Made by a program: the position numbers and the translations under genes
Shown here: positions 49,948 through 59,881 of the stretch, piece by piece
Layout of the letters: each line of letters starts with the position of its first letter
Position numbering within the stretch: position 1 is the stretch's first letter
Origin: Gammaproteobacteria bacterium
GTDB taxonomy: Bacteria; Pseudomonadota; Gammaproteobacteria; UBA4575
DNA: 64,000 nucleotides
Assembly (NCBI GenBank): GCA_965207475.1
Contig: OZ242278.1
Span: forward strand, 264,320-328,319
Direction: 5' to 3'
The notes under the pieces: model-generated
Told to the model about the DNA's origin: nothing
The model's database searches: none
What the model saw: only the letters and a program-made list of their open reading frames with translations

Positions 49948-52660
49948 TGGAGATTTCCTGGTCGCCTTGAACGTTTTCCCGGGCCTTGAGCTCACGAATT
50001 CGGCACAAGGGCCCAAGCGAGCAGTATGTACACGTGGCTGAAGGATGCTTCGGGTTCACGCGCGCACTCCCTGCGCGGAAGTCCGCACCAAGCTTTTCCA
50101 TTGTCGTGCGCCATCGCTCAAGCAACTCCTGCCAGGAATTGAACTCCGATGCACCGGGCATTTTTTGCCAGTGCCTTACCCCGGCCACCAGTGCCTCCTC
50201 CTCGGCCACGCCCCTGAATCCAATGGCCCCGGCTTTTACCTGTGCGATGAGAACACCGGCAAGATCCTTCTGAAACATCATGCTGTAGAGCGGCAGCTGA
50301 GGCTCATCGGGCCTTTCGCCAAACCACTGGCTGGCCCTGATATCACCCGTCTTGTAATCAATCACTACACGCCTGCCGTCTTCAAGCTCATCAACACGAT
50401 CGATCTTCAGCCGAACCCTGATCCCGCCAGCCGTTGCTTCACACTCTACTTCTCTTTCAATGACCCGAAATGGCTCCCTGTCCTTTTCCCGCTCCAGCCA
50501 CTCATGGATCTGCTGGCAAAGCCGCTCGGCCTCGATCTCCCTGAAACGGGTCATGAAACCCTGTGGGTATTTTCCGGCAGTCTTGTCCATTACCTCGTTT
50601 ACCGTAGCCCGGATAAAATCTGCCAGAGGCGCACTTTTCATGGCAGCAAGCTTCCTGCTGCTACCCAAATTTTCCCAGATCTTTTCAAGGATACGGTGGA
50701 CCAGCAATCCGCGGGCCATGGCGTCCAGGCCGATGTTCGATTGCCGCAGGTCGCGGGCCCCAAGCCTGAGTTCCGCGAAAGCTCGAAACGAGCATGCAGC
50801 CTGGAGCTTGAAAACAGCGCTCCCGCCTTTTACACGACTGGCATCCGCCACAGCCACCTGGCTCTCCTCGAATTCGTCCAAAATTGCACTCGCCTGCACC
50901 GTGTCTCTCCAGAGCGGGGATGACGACAGGCCCAAGGACATGGAATCCCTTGAAGGCAGATGGACAAGCAACGGGCTGGGCCTCAGTTCCTCATCACCGC
51001 TTCGCTGGGGAAAACTCACGACAATTTCGCCTGCACTTTCCAGGATCCTGTTTGAAAGCGACTGTGCGGCTTGCAGTGCAAGGGTTTCACTTGAGCGGGG
51101 CAACCCGGTATCTCGCTGAACGGGTAAAGGGATAAACGGGTTTGGCCGGGAGGGCGGCGGCCAGGCCCCGTCATGCATACCCATTACCCATAAACAATCA
51201 AACTGCAGCCAGCTGGACTGGACAACACCGAGAACCTGAACAGGCGCGAAGCCGGTCCGAGGCTGGAAAATCCTTTCCTTGGCCATGCGTGTCAGCCGGC
51301 CAAGCGCAGCCGATGCACTCATCGAACCTGTAACCGGATCCAGCGAGGCAAACGTCGACAGAAGTTCCCGCCATGCCTCGACACTCTGGTATTCCTCGCT
51401 CGACAATGGACGCCCTTTGGACCAGCCGGCAGCATCCAGTAAACCCGCGAAGCTTTCCGACCACCCTCCAGGCGTATCCGTGCGTGGACAGTCCCAGGCC
51501 ACCCTGGCCCAGGCGTCGAGGTTTTCCACGAGCAAGGGACATGAATAGGGTTTTCCGGGCCGTGATGCGTGATAGCGTACAGTCTTCAGTTCCAGATCCG
51601 GCGCACCCGTCTCCCTCAGCCTGCTGTCAAGCATTGCCCTGGAACTGGCTTCCTCTTGCCACCCGGAGATGAAGGGTGAACGCAGCAGTCTCGAGAGTTC
51701 ATCCAGGGCAATCACCCGGTCGAGCAGCCGTAGCAGCCTCAATGCAGCGCCTACAGCAGGGAAACTGCTCAAGGGCAAGCCCAGAGAAAGATTGTAAGGC
51801 CGGGAGTTCGAATGAAGGCCCGGCTGCACGGCATGAGGAACCAGGATCCTGTCCAGGGCCTTGATGACGAGTTGCCGGTTTTCAGCGAAGTCTGGAACTA
51901 CCACACCAACCTGCACGTCAGCATTTTCTTCAAGCCTTGCACGGACCCACCTCGCCATGCATTCCGCCTCCTGCCCTTCATCAGCGCATGCGGTCATGGA
52001 AGCAGTACCCTGCATGCCGGCAGGTTTTATCCAGCTGACCTTGCAACCCGACTCGACCAGCGTCTGGATGAGCGACTCTTCTTGAGGAGTCAGCACATCG
52101 AAACCGAACAGTATCAGCTCATCAGGCAATACCCGTGCTAAAGCCTTGTTTTCGCGAAGCAGCCGGGCCGCAAGAAGGTCAGACGACAGCCAGCGCCCGC
52201 GCTCACACCGGGCATTAAATTTCATGGCCCAGTTCAAGAAGGCTTCGCTGTCGCTGTTATACCGGAACCGCTGCCTGGTCAGCGGCAAATGCCATGAATG
52301 GATCAGCTGCCAGGCCTCCTGTACCAGTTCCACGGTCCCTGGAATTTGCTGAAGAGGCTGCTCCGGCATGCTGTCGACGATGATGTCTTGCCACAAATGC
52401 CTTTCCTGCACGGGTGTGAGCAGATGCTCACGGGTCGAAACACCACCTGATACCAGGATTTCTTCCCATATGCTCTGTAGCCAGTCCGTCCATGGCATCA
52501 CTTGTGGAGTGGGCCAGACTTCGAGCCCTTTACTGGCTTGCGCATACTCGAAGCTCTGTCGCAGGCTCCTAGCCAGTCTCTTGTGCCCGGTAAGAATTGT
52601 CACCCCGCGCCTGAGGGCATCAAGCATGTCCTGAAGCGAAGAAGTCATCAGCCTGGCCAA
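49940..52660 (-). CDS. addB: AddB-type PD-(D/E)XK nuclease subunit (proteobacterial AddB, inactive-helicase-like N-terminus, Fe-S nuclease C-terminus)
   Basis: The C-terminus carries the RecB-nuclease motif VVIDYKTG and a terminal cysteine cluster C-x2-C-x5-C (CTYCSLGPLC). It lies immediately upstream of and overlapping the addA start. About 906 aa. Confidence 0.65.
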   Translation of the reverse strand: MARLMTSSLQDMLDALRRGVTILTGHKRLARSLRQSFEYAQASKGLEVWPTPQVMPWTDWLQSIWEEILVSGGVSTREHLLTPVQERHLWQDIIVDSMPEQPLQQIPGTVELVQEAWQLIHSWHLPLTRQRFRYNSDSEAFLNWAMKFNARCERGRWLSSDLLAARLLRENKALARVLPDELILFGFDVLTPQEESLIQTLVESGCKVSWIKPAGMQGTASMTACADEGQEAECMARWVRARLEENADVQVGVVVPDFAENRQLVIKALDRILVPHAVQPGLHSNSRPYNLSLGLPLSSFPAVGAALRLLRLLDRVIALDELSRLLRSPFISGWQEEASSRAMLDSRLRETGAPDLELKTVRYHASRPGKPYSCPLLVENLDAWARVAWDCPRTDTPGGWSESFAGLLDAAGWSKGRPLSSEEYQSVEAWRELLSTFASLDPVTGSMSASAALGRLTRMAKERIFQPRTGFAPVQVLGVVQSSWLQFDCLWVMGMHDGAWPPPSRPNPFIPLPVQRDTGLPRSSETLALQAAQSLSNRILESAGEIVVSFPQRSGDEELRPSPLLVHLPSRDSMSLGLSSSPLWRDTVQASAILDEFEESQVAVADASRVKGGSAVFKLQAACSFRAFAELRLGARDLRQSNIGLDAMARGLLVHRILEKIWENLGSSRKLAAMKSAPLADFIRATVNEVMDKTAGKYPQGFMTRFREIEAERLCQQIHEWLEREKDREPFRVIEREVECEATAGGIRVRLKIDRVDELEDGRRVVIDYKTGDIRASQWFGERPDEPQLPLYSMMFQKDLAGVLIAQVKAGAIGFRGVAEEEALVAGVRHWQKMPGASEFNSWQELLERWRTTMEKLGADFRAGSARVNPKHPSATCTYCSLGPLCRIRELKARENVQGDQEISNG

Positions 52661-53040
52661 GCTACACCTCCTGATCCGCAGTTCTTTCCAGTCGAGCGTT
52701 CACCATGCAGTACAGGTCCATCCGGGTTACAGGCATGCCGTTTCACTGCTGATTGAAAGAAACCATATGCAGCGATTCGCTATAAGGACACCTGGAGCAT
52801 ACACGAACAGAAGCTGAGCCTATGAATTACCTGGTTAGGGGGTTTTTAATGGGTGTGATGATTGGAATAATCATATTGCGGATAAAAAAATCCCGGATAT
52901 GACCGATACCGCTGTCCAGTCGGGGGACACGATAGCCATCATCGGGCAGGGACGAAATATCGGCAGGGATTTCGGAGCATGCATGCGAGTCCCCAGAATC
53001 CCGAAATAAGGGCAGCCAGCGCTCGACTCATGCACCGCAC

Positions 53041-53514
53041 TTATTCGTGCATCTGCTCCTGGAGATAATTCTCGATACCCACCTTGTCGATCAGGGCAAG
53101 CTGGGTTTCCAGCCAGTCTATATGCTCTTCCTCTGATTCCAGGATTTGCTCGAACAGCTCTCGACTGACAAAGTCACTGATGGATTCCGAATAGGTGATG
53201 GCTTCACGCAATACAGGGACGGCTTCCATTTCCAGTCTCAGGTCACATTCCAGCATCTCTTTCGTGTTCTCACCCACATAGACCTTGCCAATATCCTGCA
53301 TGTTGGGTATCCCTTCGAGAAACAGAATGCGTTCCATCAACTTGTCTGCATGCTTCATCTCATCAATGGATTCGGCGTGTTCATGCTCTGCAATACGATG
53401 CAGGCCCCAGTCCCTGAACATCTTGGCATGCAGGAAATACTGGTTGATTGCCGTCAACTCGTTTTTTAACGCTCGGTTCAGACGTGCAATTATTTCTGTG
53501 TTTTCCGGTTTCAT
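53041..53514 (-). CDS. bfr: Bacterioferritin
   Basis: 157 aa. [22 protein letters not shown] and the ferroxidase-centre E/H residues ([21 protein letters not shown]) are characteristic of bacterioferritin. Confidence 0.9.
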   Translation of the reverse strand: MKPENTEIIARLNRALKNELTAINQYFLHAKMFRDWGLHRIAEHEHAESIDEMKHADKLMERILFLEGIPNMQDIGKVYVGENTKEMLECDLRLEMEAVPVLREAITYSESISDFVSRELFEQILESEEEHIDWLETQLALIDKVGIENYLQEQMHE

Positions 53515-53674
53515 TGGACGCTAGATATGGATATGTCCCAAGTATGCATCAAGCGTGTCATGTTGTACAGGTCAGCGGTAAAGTCTTGAATTTGTGTGAA
53601 AATCTGTTCAGAAATAAGAATTATTATCGTTCTCTGTTGCAATTAAATCTCATTCGTGTTTATAATAATTCACT

Positions 53675-53923
53675 ATGTACGTCTGCCTATGCCATGCCGT
53701 GAAAGAAGCAGAAATTGCTGCTGCAGTAGCGGGTGGCTGCAAGGACCTGGATACCCTCGGCGAGGTGCTGGGCGTCGGGACCAGCTGTGAAATCTGTCGC
53801 TCGGAAGCGCAGTCCATCATAGACACCGTGCTGCGCAACGCATCTCAAGCTGAAAACGTCTGCAAGCAGGAACTGATTTCAAAAACCCAGGCCCCTCCCC
53901 TGCAGCAAGCCATCAATTTCTAG
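53675..53923 (+). CDS. bfd: Bacterioferritin-associated ferredoxin (BFD-like [2Fe-2S] domain)
   Basis: MYVCLCHAV...C...C gives the four-Cys BFD-like [2Fe-2S] pattern (C4, C6, C38, C41 region). It is divergent from bfr, which is the classic arrangement. Confidence 0.8.
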   Translation: MYVCLCHAVKEAEIAAAVAGGCKDLDTLGEVLGVGTSCEICRSEAQSIIDTVLRNASQAENVCKQELISKTQAPPLQQAINF

Positions 53924-54086
53924 CCATCCGTCTTTGACTCGATAAACACCACCACGGCATACTGGACAGAATCCAGGGTGGTGCACATGCCTTTGACCCA
54001 GCCCTTGCTGCCCCAGTGCGATTCGCTGGGCATGCCAGCTTGATCGTGAACCCGGGATACAGCGCATATCCTACAGGCGTAAAGCA

Positions 54087-57000
54087 ATGCAGTTACTCGA
54101 CTCTGGCCATATTCGCTATTCCCCGTCGGACCTCGTCACATTCCTCGAGTGTCCCCATGCCAGCTGGCTGGATACCAGGAGCCTGACAGAGAAGCTGGAC
54201 AGGAAAAGCCCCGGCCCTGTCGAGAGGCTCTTATGGAAAAAAGGCCTTGAGCACGAAGGAAAGTACCTGGACCACCTGAGATCGACAGGAGCGGACGTCA
54301 GGGAAATCCCGCGTGGCACCACCCTGGAGAAACAGGCCGAATCCACCGCAGAAGCAATCTCCGAAGGCGTGGACGTCATCTACCAGGCCGCTTTCCTGGA
54401 AGAGCCCTGGTGTGGCTACGCGGACTTCCTGATCAGACGTGATGCGCCATCAAGCCTTGGTCGTTTCAGCTACGAAGTGCTGGATACCAAGCTGGCCCGG
54501 ATGGCCCGGCCCAAGCACATCATTCAGCTGTGTGCCTACTCGGAGATGCTTGCCCGCATTCAAGGTGTGCTCCCTTCGAACATGCAGCTGTTTACGGGAA
54601 ACAACGAAAGGCAGGTCTTCAAGGTCTCTGATTTTTTTGCCTATTACCTGCGCACCAGGCAGCGTTTCGAAGCCTGTATGCGAGCACAGCCCGTCAACCC
54701 CTATCCCGAGCCCTGTGCTCACTGCAGGTTCTGTCCATGGGAGCCTCATTGCACCTCACGCTGGGAATCCGATGACCATCTAAGCCTGGTGGCAGGCATC
54801 CGGCGCACACAGCTGAACAAGCTTCACAAAGCCGGCATTCGCACCGTTGCACAACTCGCGAAGACCCCTGTAGACCTGAAGGTTGCGGACCTGAACCAGG
54901 ACGTTTTCCTTCGGCTTCGCCAGCAGGCTGCATTGCAGGCCGTCAAGACCAGAACGGGCAGGGATACCTGCGAGGTGATCCCCTTTGCATCACGCAAGGG
55001 TTTTGCACGCATGCCCGAACCGGATGATGATGACCTGTTCTTTGACATGGAAGGCAATCCCCTGCATCCAGATGGCCTGGAATACCTGTTCGGACTGCAC
55101 CGCATGTCCGGTGGAGAGGCCGTGTTCGAGCAGTTCTGGGCACACGACCACGAAGAAGAAAAAGAAGCGTTCAAGCAGTTCATGGGTTTTCTGGAAGATC
55201 ATCTTGCCAGGCACCCGCATGCCTATGTCTATCACTATGGTCATTACGAGGTGTCCACGCTGAAACGCCTGTCAGGCCGCTATGCAGCCTGTGAAAAGCA
55301 GCTGGACAGCCTGCTTCGTGAACAGAAGTTTGTAGACCTGTACCTGGTTGTCCGGGAAAGCTTGCGCTCATCAGAGCCAGGCTACTCCATCAAGAACCTT
55401 GAGGTCTTTTATTTGGGCAAGCGGGCAGATCCTGTCGCAACCGCCGCTGACAGCATACTCGTTTACAACGAATGGCGTGAATCCGGCGAGGCGTCCCTGT
55501 TGCAGGACATCGCCGATTACAACCAAGTGGACTGTACTTCCACCCGAATGCTGCGTGACTGGCTTTTGACGCTAAGGCCCGATGGTACTCCCTGGTTTAC
55601 GCTTCAGGCCGAACCCGTGCTGAACGCAGCACGGCAGCTGAAGGCTTCGGGTGCCAGCCATGAGAATGTCCGGGGAATCCTTGAAAAACAGTTGCTTGAA
55701 TCCCCTGCGATAAACGAAAGGCTGACCCATCTTCTGGAATTCCACCAGCGCGAGGCCAAATCGCAGTGGTGGGACAGGTTTGAACGCCAGAACAAGCTTG
55801 AGGATGAACTGATTGAAGATGCCGAGTGCCTGGGCGGCCTGCAGCAGGTCGGGCATCCGCAGGTGCATGGGCTGACCGTCATCCACACATTCCAGTTCCC
55901 TCCACAGGAATGCAAGCTGAGAACGGGCAGCCCTGTCGTAAACGTGGCCAATATGCAGCCTGCTGGCAGGGTCCTTGAGCTGGATGAGAACCACCGCATT
56001 GTACGGATCGGACGAAGGTCGAACATGGAGCCGCTGCCTGCCCGGTTTACTGCCGGACCCCCTGGCCCGGTCAACAGCCAGGGCATTCAATCGGCAATCT
56101 GCAGGTACGTGGAAAATGTTGCCAGAAACCCCAGCAAAACCTTTGCGGCGACCGAGCTCCTGGGCCGCAAGCTGCCGCGGATTCATGACAGGACGCCCGG
56201 AACACCCATTGTGACATCACGGGACATGAAGGCTGAAACATTCCGGGCCATCGCCGGGCTGCAGAACAGCTACCTGTTCATTCAGGGTCCACCCGGCTCA
56301 GGCAAGACCTATGTAGCCAGTCATGTGATTGTCGAACTGATCCGGCAAGGAAAAAAAATCGGCATTTCATCGAATTCCCACAAGGCCATTCACAACTTGC
56401 TGTCTCGTGTGGAGAGGACCGCAGCAGGAAAGAACGTAGGCTTCCACGGAGTGAAAAAGGCAACAAGGGGCAATGAAGAGACATTCTTTGACAGCGAACG
56501 GGTCTCAAACGAGACCCGGGTGGAGGATATTCACCTGGACATGGATATCTTTGCCGGCACGGCGTGGCTTTTTTCGCACGCGAGAATGCGGGATGCACTG
56601 GATTACCTGTTCATAGATGAGGCCGGCCAGGTCTCGACAGCGAACGTTGTCGCCATGGCGTCCTCTGCAAGAAACATTGTCCTCGTGGGAGATCAGATGC
56701 AGCTTGGCCAGCCGGTCAAGGGAGTGCATCCCGGCGAGGCCGGGCTTTCAGTCCTCGAGTTCCTCCTTGGGGAAGAGGCTACCATCGCACCGGAACAGGG
56801 TATTTTCCTGGACAGGACCTACCGGCTGGGACCCGGTATCTGCCGTTTTGTTTCCGATGCATTCTACGATGGCAAGCTGATGCCTCACGAAAACACGTCA
56901 CGGCGAATCCTGAACCTTCGTGGCTCGAATCTGCCCAATGAAGGTCTGGTCCTGGCCAGTGCAAACCACGAAGGCTGTTCACAGAAAAGCACTGAGGAAG

Positions 57001-57422
57001 GCGAACTGGTGCGAGCCCTGTACAGTGAATTACTGGGCCAGTCTTTCAAGGACCTGGACGGCAGTGCACGGCCCATCAGCCGGGAAGATATCCTTGTGGT
57101 GACCCCCTACAACGTACAGGCCAATTACCTTCGTTCACTGTTGCCCGAAGGTGCCAGGGTGGGTACGGTGGATAAATTCCAGGGACAGGAGGCGCCCATC
57201 GTACTGATTTCCATGGTGACTTCAAGTGCCGAAGACCTGCCTCGAAACGTCGAGTTCCTGTACAGCAAAAACCGCCTGAACGTAGCCATCTCTCGTGCTC
57301 AGTGCCTGGCTGTAATCATCGTAAATTCAGGGCTGCTGGAAATTTCATGCAGAACAGTCGAACAAATGAAGCTGGCCAGCACTTTCTGCCTGCTGGAAGA
57401 GTATGCGACGCCTCTTGAATGA
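54087..57422 (+). CDS. Large fusion protein: N-terminal RecB/Cas4-like PD-(D/E)XK nuclease with Cys cluster + HhH + C-terminal SF1 (Dna2/Upf1-like, AAA_11/AAA_12) helicase
   Basis: 1111 aa. The N-terminus has GYADFLIRRD...YEVLDTKLAR (D/ExK) and the QLCAYSEML (QxxxY) RecB-nuclease motif, plus CAHCRFCPWEPHC. The helix-hairpin-helix is RTQLNKLHKAGIRTVAQL. The C-terminus has Walker A IQGPPGSGKTYV, Walker B LFIDEAGQ, and motifs VDKFQGQE...NVAISRAQ of SF1B helicases. Confidence 0.7.
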   Translation: MQLLDSGHIRYSPSDLVTFLECPHASWLDTRSLTEKLDRKSPGPVERLLWKKGLEHEGKYLDHLRSTGADVREIPRGTTLEKQAESTAEAISEGVDVIYQAAFLEEPWCGYADFLIRRDAPSSLGRFSYEVLDTKLARMARPKHIIQLCAYSEMLARIQGVLPSNMQLFTGNNERQVFKVSDFFAYYLRTRQRFEACMRAQPVNPYPEPCAHCRFCPWEPHCTSRWESDDHLSLVAGIRRTQLNKLHKAGIRTVAQLAKTPVDLKVADLNQDVFLRLRQQAALQAVKTRTGRDTCEVIPFASRKGFARMPEPDDDDLFFDMEGNPLHPDGLEYLFGLHRMSGGEAVFEQFWAHDHEEEKEAFKQFMGFLEDHLARHPHAYVYHYGHYEVSTLKRLSGRYAACEKQLDSLLREQKFVDLYLVVRESLRSSEPGYSIKNLEVFYLGKRADPVATAADSILVYNEWRESGEASLLQDIADYNQVDCTSTRMLRDWLLTLRPDGTPWFTLQAEPVLNAARQLKASGASHENVRGILEKQLLESPAINERLTHLLEFHQREAKSQWWDRFERQNKLEDELIEDAECLGGLQQVGHPQVHGLTVIHTFQFPPQECKLRTGSPVVNVANMQPAGRVLELDENHRIVRIGRRSNMEPLPARFTAGPPGPVNSQGIQSAICRYVENVARNPSKTFAATELLGRKLPRIHDRTPGTPIVTSRDMKAETFRAIAGLQNSYLFIQGPPGSGKTYVASHVIVELIRQGKKIGISSNSHKAIHNLLSRVERTAAGKNVGFHGVKKATRGNEETFFDSERVSNETRVEDIHLDMDIFAGTAWLFSHARMRDALDYLFIDEAGQVSTANVVAMASSARNIVLVGDQMQLGQPVKGVHPGEAGLSVLEFLLGEEATIAPEQGIFLDRTYRLGPGICRFVSDAFYDGKLMPHENTSRRILNLRGSNLPNEGLVLASANHEGCSQKSTEEGELVRALYSELLGQSFKDLDGSARPISREDILVVTPYNVQANYLRSLLPEGARVGTVDKFQGQEAPIVLISMVTSSAEDLPRNVEFLYSKNRLNVAISRAQCLAVIIVNSGLLEISCRTVEQMKLASTFCLLEEYATPLE

Positions 57423-57545
57423 CTCTATACTATGCACGCATGGACTCGGGCTCGACCAGCCTCAGTTCAATGAAGAGAGGACTTACCAGGTATAAGAAGG
57501 CCTGTATACTCATCAGCGCAACAAAATAAGGATAAATCAGTAGAT

Positions 57546-58226
57546 ATGAATGCACTTCGAAGCTCCTTGGAACTGTTATTTAACCTGGGCGGGCCGGTCG
57601 TACTGGTCCTTCTGGTTTTCTCTGTAATTGGAACCGCAGTAATCCTGCTGAAAATCTGGCAGTTCATTGTGCTGCGCCCGGGATCGTCCAGAACTGCGGA
57701 GAAAGCCCTGCAGTTATGGCACAGCAATGAACGGGAAAAAGCCATCGATACGGTCCGGAACAGAAACCAGCCTGTGGCGAAAGTGCTGCACACGGCCTTT
57801 GTACAGCTGCAGGCAAGACTGGGAACATCCGTTGAAAACGCACGGGAAGAAACCCTGCGTGTCGCCCGCGCGCAGCTCGAAAAACTCAGGAGCTATCTGC
57901 GAATCCTGGAAGTCATCGCGGCCTTGAGTCCCCTGCTTGGACTGCTGGGAACCGTGCTTGGCATGATAAAAGTCTTCCGTGAACTGGAGCTGGCAGGCAG
58001 CAAGGTGGATCCTTCCATCCTGTCGGGCGGCATCTGGGAAGCCTTGCTGACTACGGCAATGGGCCTGTCCATCGCGATCCCTGCAGTGCTGATGGTGAAC
58101 TATTTTGACCGCGTGATAGACCGGGTCAGGCACCGAATGGAAGATACGGCAACACAGGTGTTTACCAGCGACGAGCACGTACAGGAACCCGGTAAAGCGC
58201 ACGCCAGTTCAGCCTCGATCGCCTGA
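57546..58226 (+). CDS. exbB: MotA/TolQ/ExbB proton-channel family protein
   Basis: Three TM segments with the conserved LGLLGTVLGMIKVF channel motif, followed by exbD homologues. Confidence 0.8.
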   Translation: MNALRSSLELLFNLGGPVVLVLLVFSVIGTAVILLKIWQFIVLRPGSSRTAEKALQLWHSNEREKAIDTVRNRNQPVAKVLHTAFVQLQARLGTSVENAREETLRVARAQLEKLRSYLRILEVIAALSPLLGLLGTVLGMIKVFRELELAGSKVDPSILSGGIWEALLTTAMGLSIAIPAVLMVNYFDRVIDRVRHRMEDTATQVFTSDEHVQEPGKAHASSASIA

Positions 58227-58228
58227 CG

Positions 58229-58639
58229 ATGCAAATCGCAGAAGTCCGCAAGCCGCGCAGCCTCATCAGCCTGACTCCGCTAATCGACGTGGTGTTCATA
58301 CTGCTGGTGTTCTTCATGCTTGTGACAGACTTTGCCAGGTTCTCCACTGTCTCCCTCAGCGTCGCGCAGGATGAAAGCGCAGTGGATACAAGGCAGACGA
58401 GTTCGATCGTGCAGATTTCCAGTACGGGAGAACTGCGGTTCGATCACGAGGAAATCCGCTTTTCACAACTGACTGCGCACGCCAAGGAAAAGCTTTCTGC
58501 CAATAAAAATCACATTTTCTTCATACAGCCTGATGACCAGACACATTTGCAGGAGACGGTATTTGTTCTGGACGAACTCATACAGCTTGCACCCGAAAAC
58601 ATTTCGTTCCTCAGGGACCTTGCCAAGGACACGCCATGA
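58229..58639 (+). CDS. exbD: Biopolymer transport protein ExbD/TolR
   Basis: 136 aa. The N-terminal LTPLIDVVFILLVFFM single-TM signature is characteristic of ExbD/TolR. Confidence 0.8.
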   Translation: MQIAEVRKPRSLISLTPLIDVVFILLVFFMLVTDFARFSTVSLSVAQDESAVDTRQTSSIVQISSTGELRFDHEEIRFSQLTAHAKEKLSANKNHIFFIQPDDQTHLQETVFVLDELIQLAPENISFLRDLAKDTP

Positions 58640-59034
58640 CGCTTACTGAATCTCGCAAGACACAGGAATTCGAGAGTGTATTGCCTCTGATTAACGTGAT
58701 CTTTCTGTTACTCATTTTTCTCATCATAGGCGGAATCTTCACGAAGCCTGAATTGCTGGATGTGCACCCGCCTGAATCCATCAGTGACAGGCAGTCACCG
58801 GATGAGGCGATACAAATCCTCTTGGACAAGGAAGGCGAGCTGTCCCATGATGGAAAGATCATTTCGATGTACAGGTTTCAACAAATCATGGAGCAGGCCT
58901 CCCTGAACGATCCGGACATGCCCATCCAGGTAAAAGCCGATCATAAAGTTGCCATGCAGAAAGTCTTTGAGGTCATGGAAATTATCAAGAATGCGGGTCA
59001 CGATAATTTTCAGCTGTTTACATTGAAAATATAG
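58636..59034 (+). CDS. exbD: Second ExbD/TolR paralogue
   Basis: 132 aa with LPLINVIFLLLIFLII, and it overlaps the first exbD by 4 nt. Confidence 0.75.
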   Translation: MTLTESRKTQEFESVLPLINVIFLLLIFLIIGGIFTKPELLDVHPPESISDRQSPDEAIQILLDKEGELSHDGKIISMYRFQQIMEQASLNDPDMPIQVKADHKVAMQKVFEVMEIIKNAGHDNFQLFTLKI

Positions 59035-59050
59035 TACCCGTTTATCAGAA

Positions 59051-59818
59051 ATGGATATTGGTTCCAGGCACTGGTTTAGTGTTCTCAGCATAGCTGTCCT
59101 GATTCACCTGTATGCAGCCGTGAATGTGAATCTCACAGGCTTTACGGCAGAATCCAAACAATCGTTTGACCGGTACACGGTCGACTTGACAACCCTCTCC
59201 CTGCCTCCCAAGCAGCTAAAGCTCGAACCCTTCAAGCCGCCTGCACCACCCAAGAAAACCCCTGCTCCTGAAGCAAAACCGGCACCCAAGCCAAAGCCGA
59301 AGCCCGTTCCAAAACCCGCACCGCCCAAAATTGTTGCTCCAAAAATTGAGAAGCCCAAGGTGGTGCGACCGGAACTTGAAAAGCCCGTCCAGGCTACACA
59401 GCCTGTGGAAACACAACCCAGCGAGGTACAACAACCGGCACCCCGGCCATCTGTGCAGCAGCCGGCCCGCACATCCACTGCCAAACCTTCGGCAAGCCAC
59501 AGGCCTGCACCCAGGCCAGGATCCCAGACCGCGAAGCCGGGTTACTATAAACTGATACTCGAGAGGCTCGAACGCTTGAAAAAATACCCGTCGCGTGCAC
59601 GACGCCGCGGTCAACAGGGCACGGTAGTCCTATCCTTCACCCTGAACAGGGACGGCAGCCTGAAACATTACAGGATCACCCAGAGCTCTGGGGCGAAATC
59701 CCTGGATCTTGAAGTAAAAAAACTGATCCTTCGCGCCACACCTTTCCCGGCAATACCCAAGAATATAAGCTCTGACACGCTGGAAGTGTCCGTGCCGATC
59801 TCGTTTTCACTTCAGTGA
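59051..59818 (+). CDS. tonB: TonB energy transducer
   Basis: An N-terminal TM anchor, then a Pro/Lys-rich spacer (PAPPKKTPAPEAKPAPKPKPKPVPKPAPPK), then a C-terminal TonB domain (YPSRARRRGQQGTVVLSFTLNRDGSL). Confidence 0.75.
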   Translation: MDIGSRHWFSVLSIAVLIHLYAAVNVNLTGFTAESKQSFDRYTVDLTTLSLPPKQLKLEPFKPPAPPKKTPAPEAKPAPKPKPKPVPKPAPPKIVAPKIEKPKVVRPELEKPVQATQPVETQPSEVQQPAPRPSVQQPARTSTAKPSASHRPAPRPGSQTAKPGYYKLILERLERLKKYPSRARRRGQQGTVVLSFTLNRDGSLKHYRITQSSGAKSLDLEVKKLILRATPFPAIPKNISSDTLEVSVPISFSLQ

Positions 59819-59835
59819 ATCACGGAATGTACCCT

Positions 59836-59869
59836 TCCCGCCTGTCACCGGCAGGCTCGCCCCGGCGGG
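59836..59869. terminator. Nested GC hairpin between convergent tonB and receptor genes (probable bidirectional terminator)
   Basis: cccgcc-tgtcaccggcaggctcg-ccccggcggg. The outer arms cccgcc/ggcggg and an inner gcctg/caggc stem are both complementary. It lies in the 63-nt gap between convergent CDS ends. Confidence 0.45.
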
Positions 59870-59881
59870 ACTCAACAGGTA

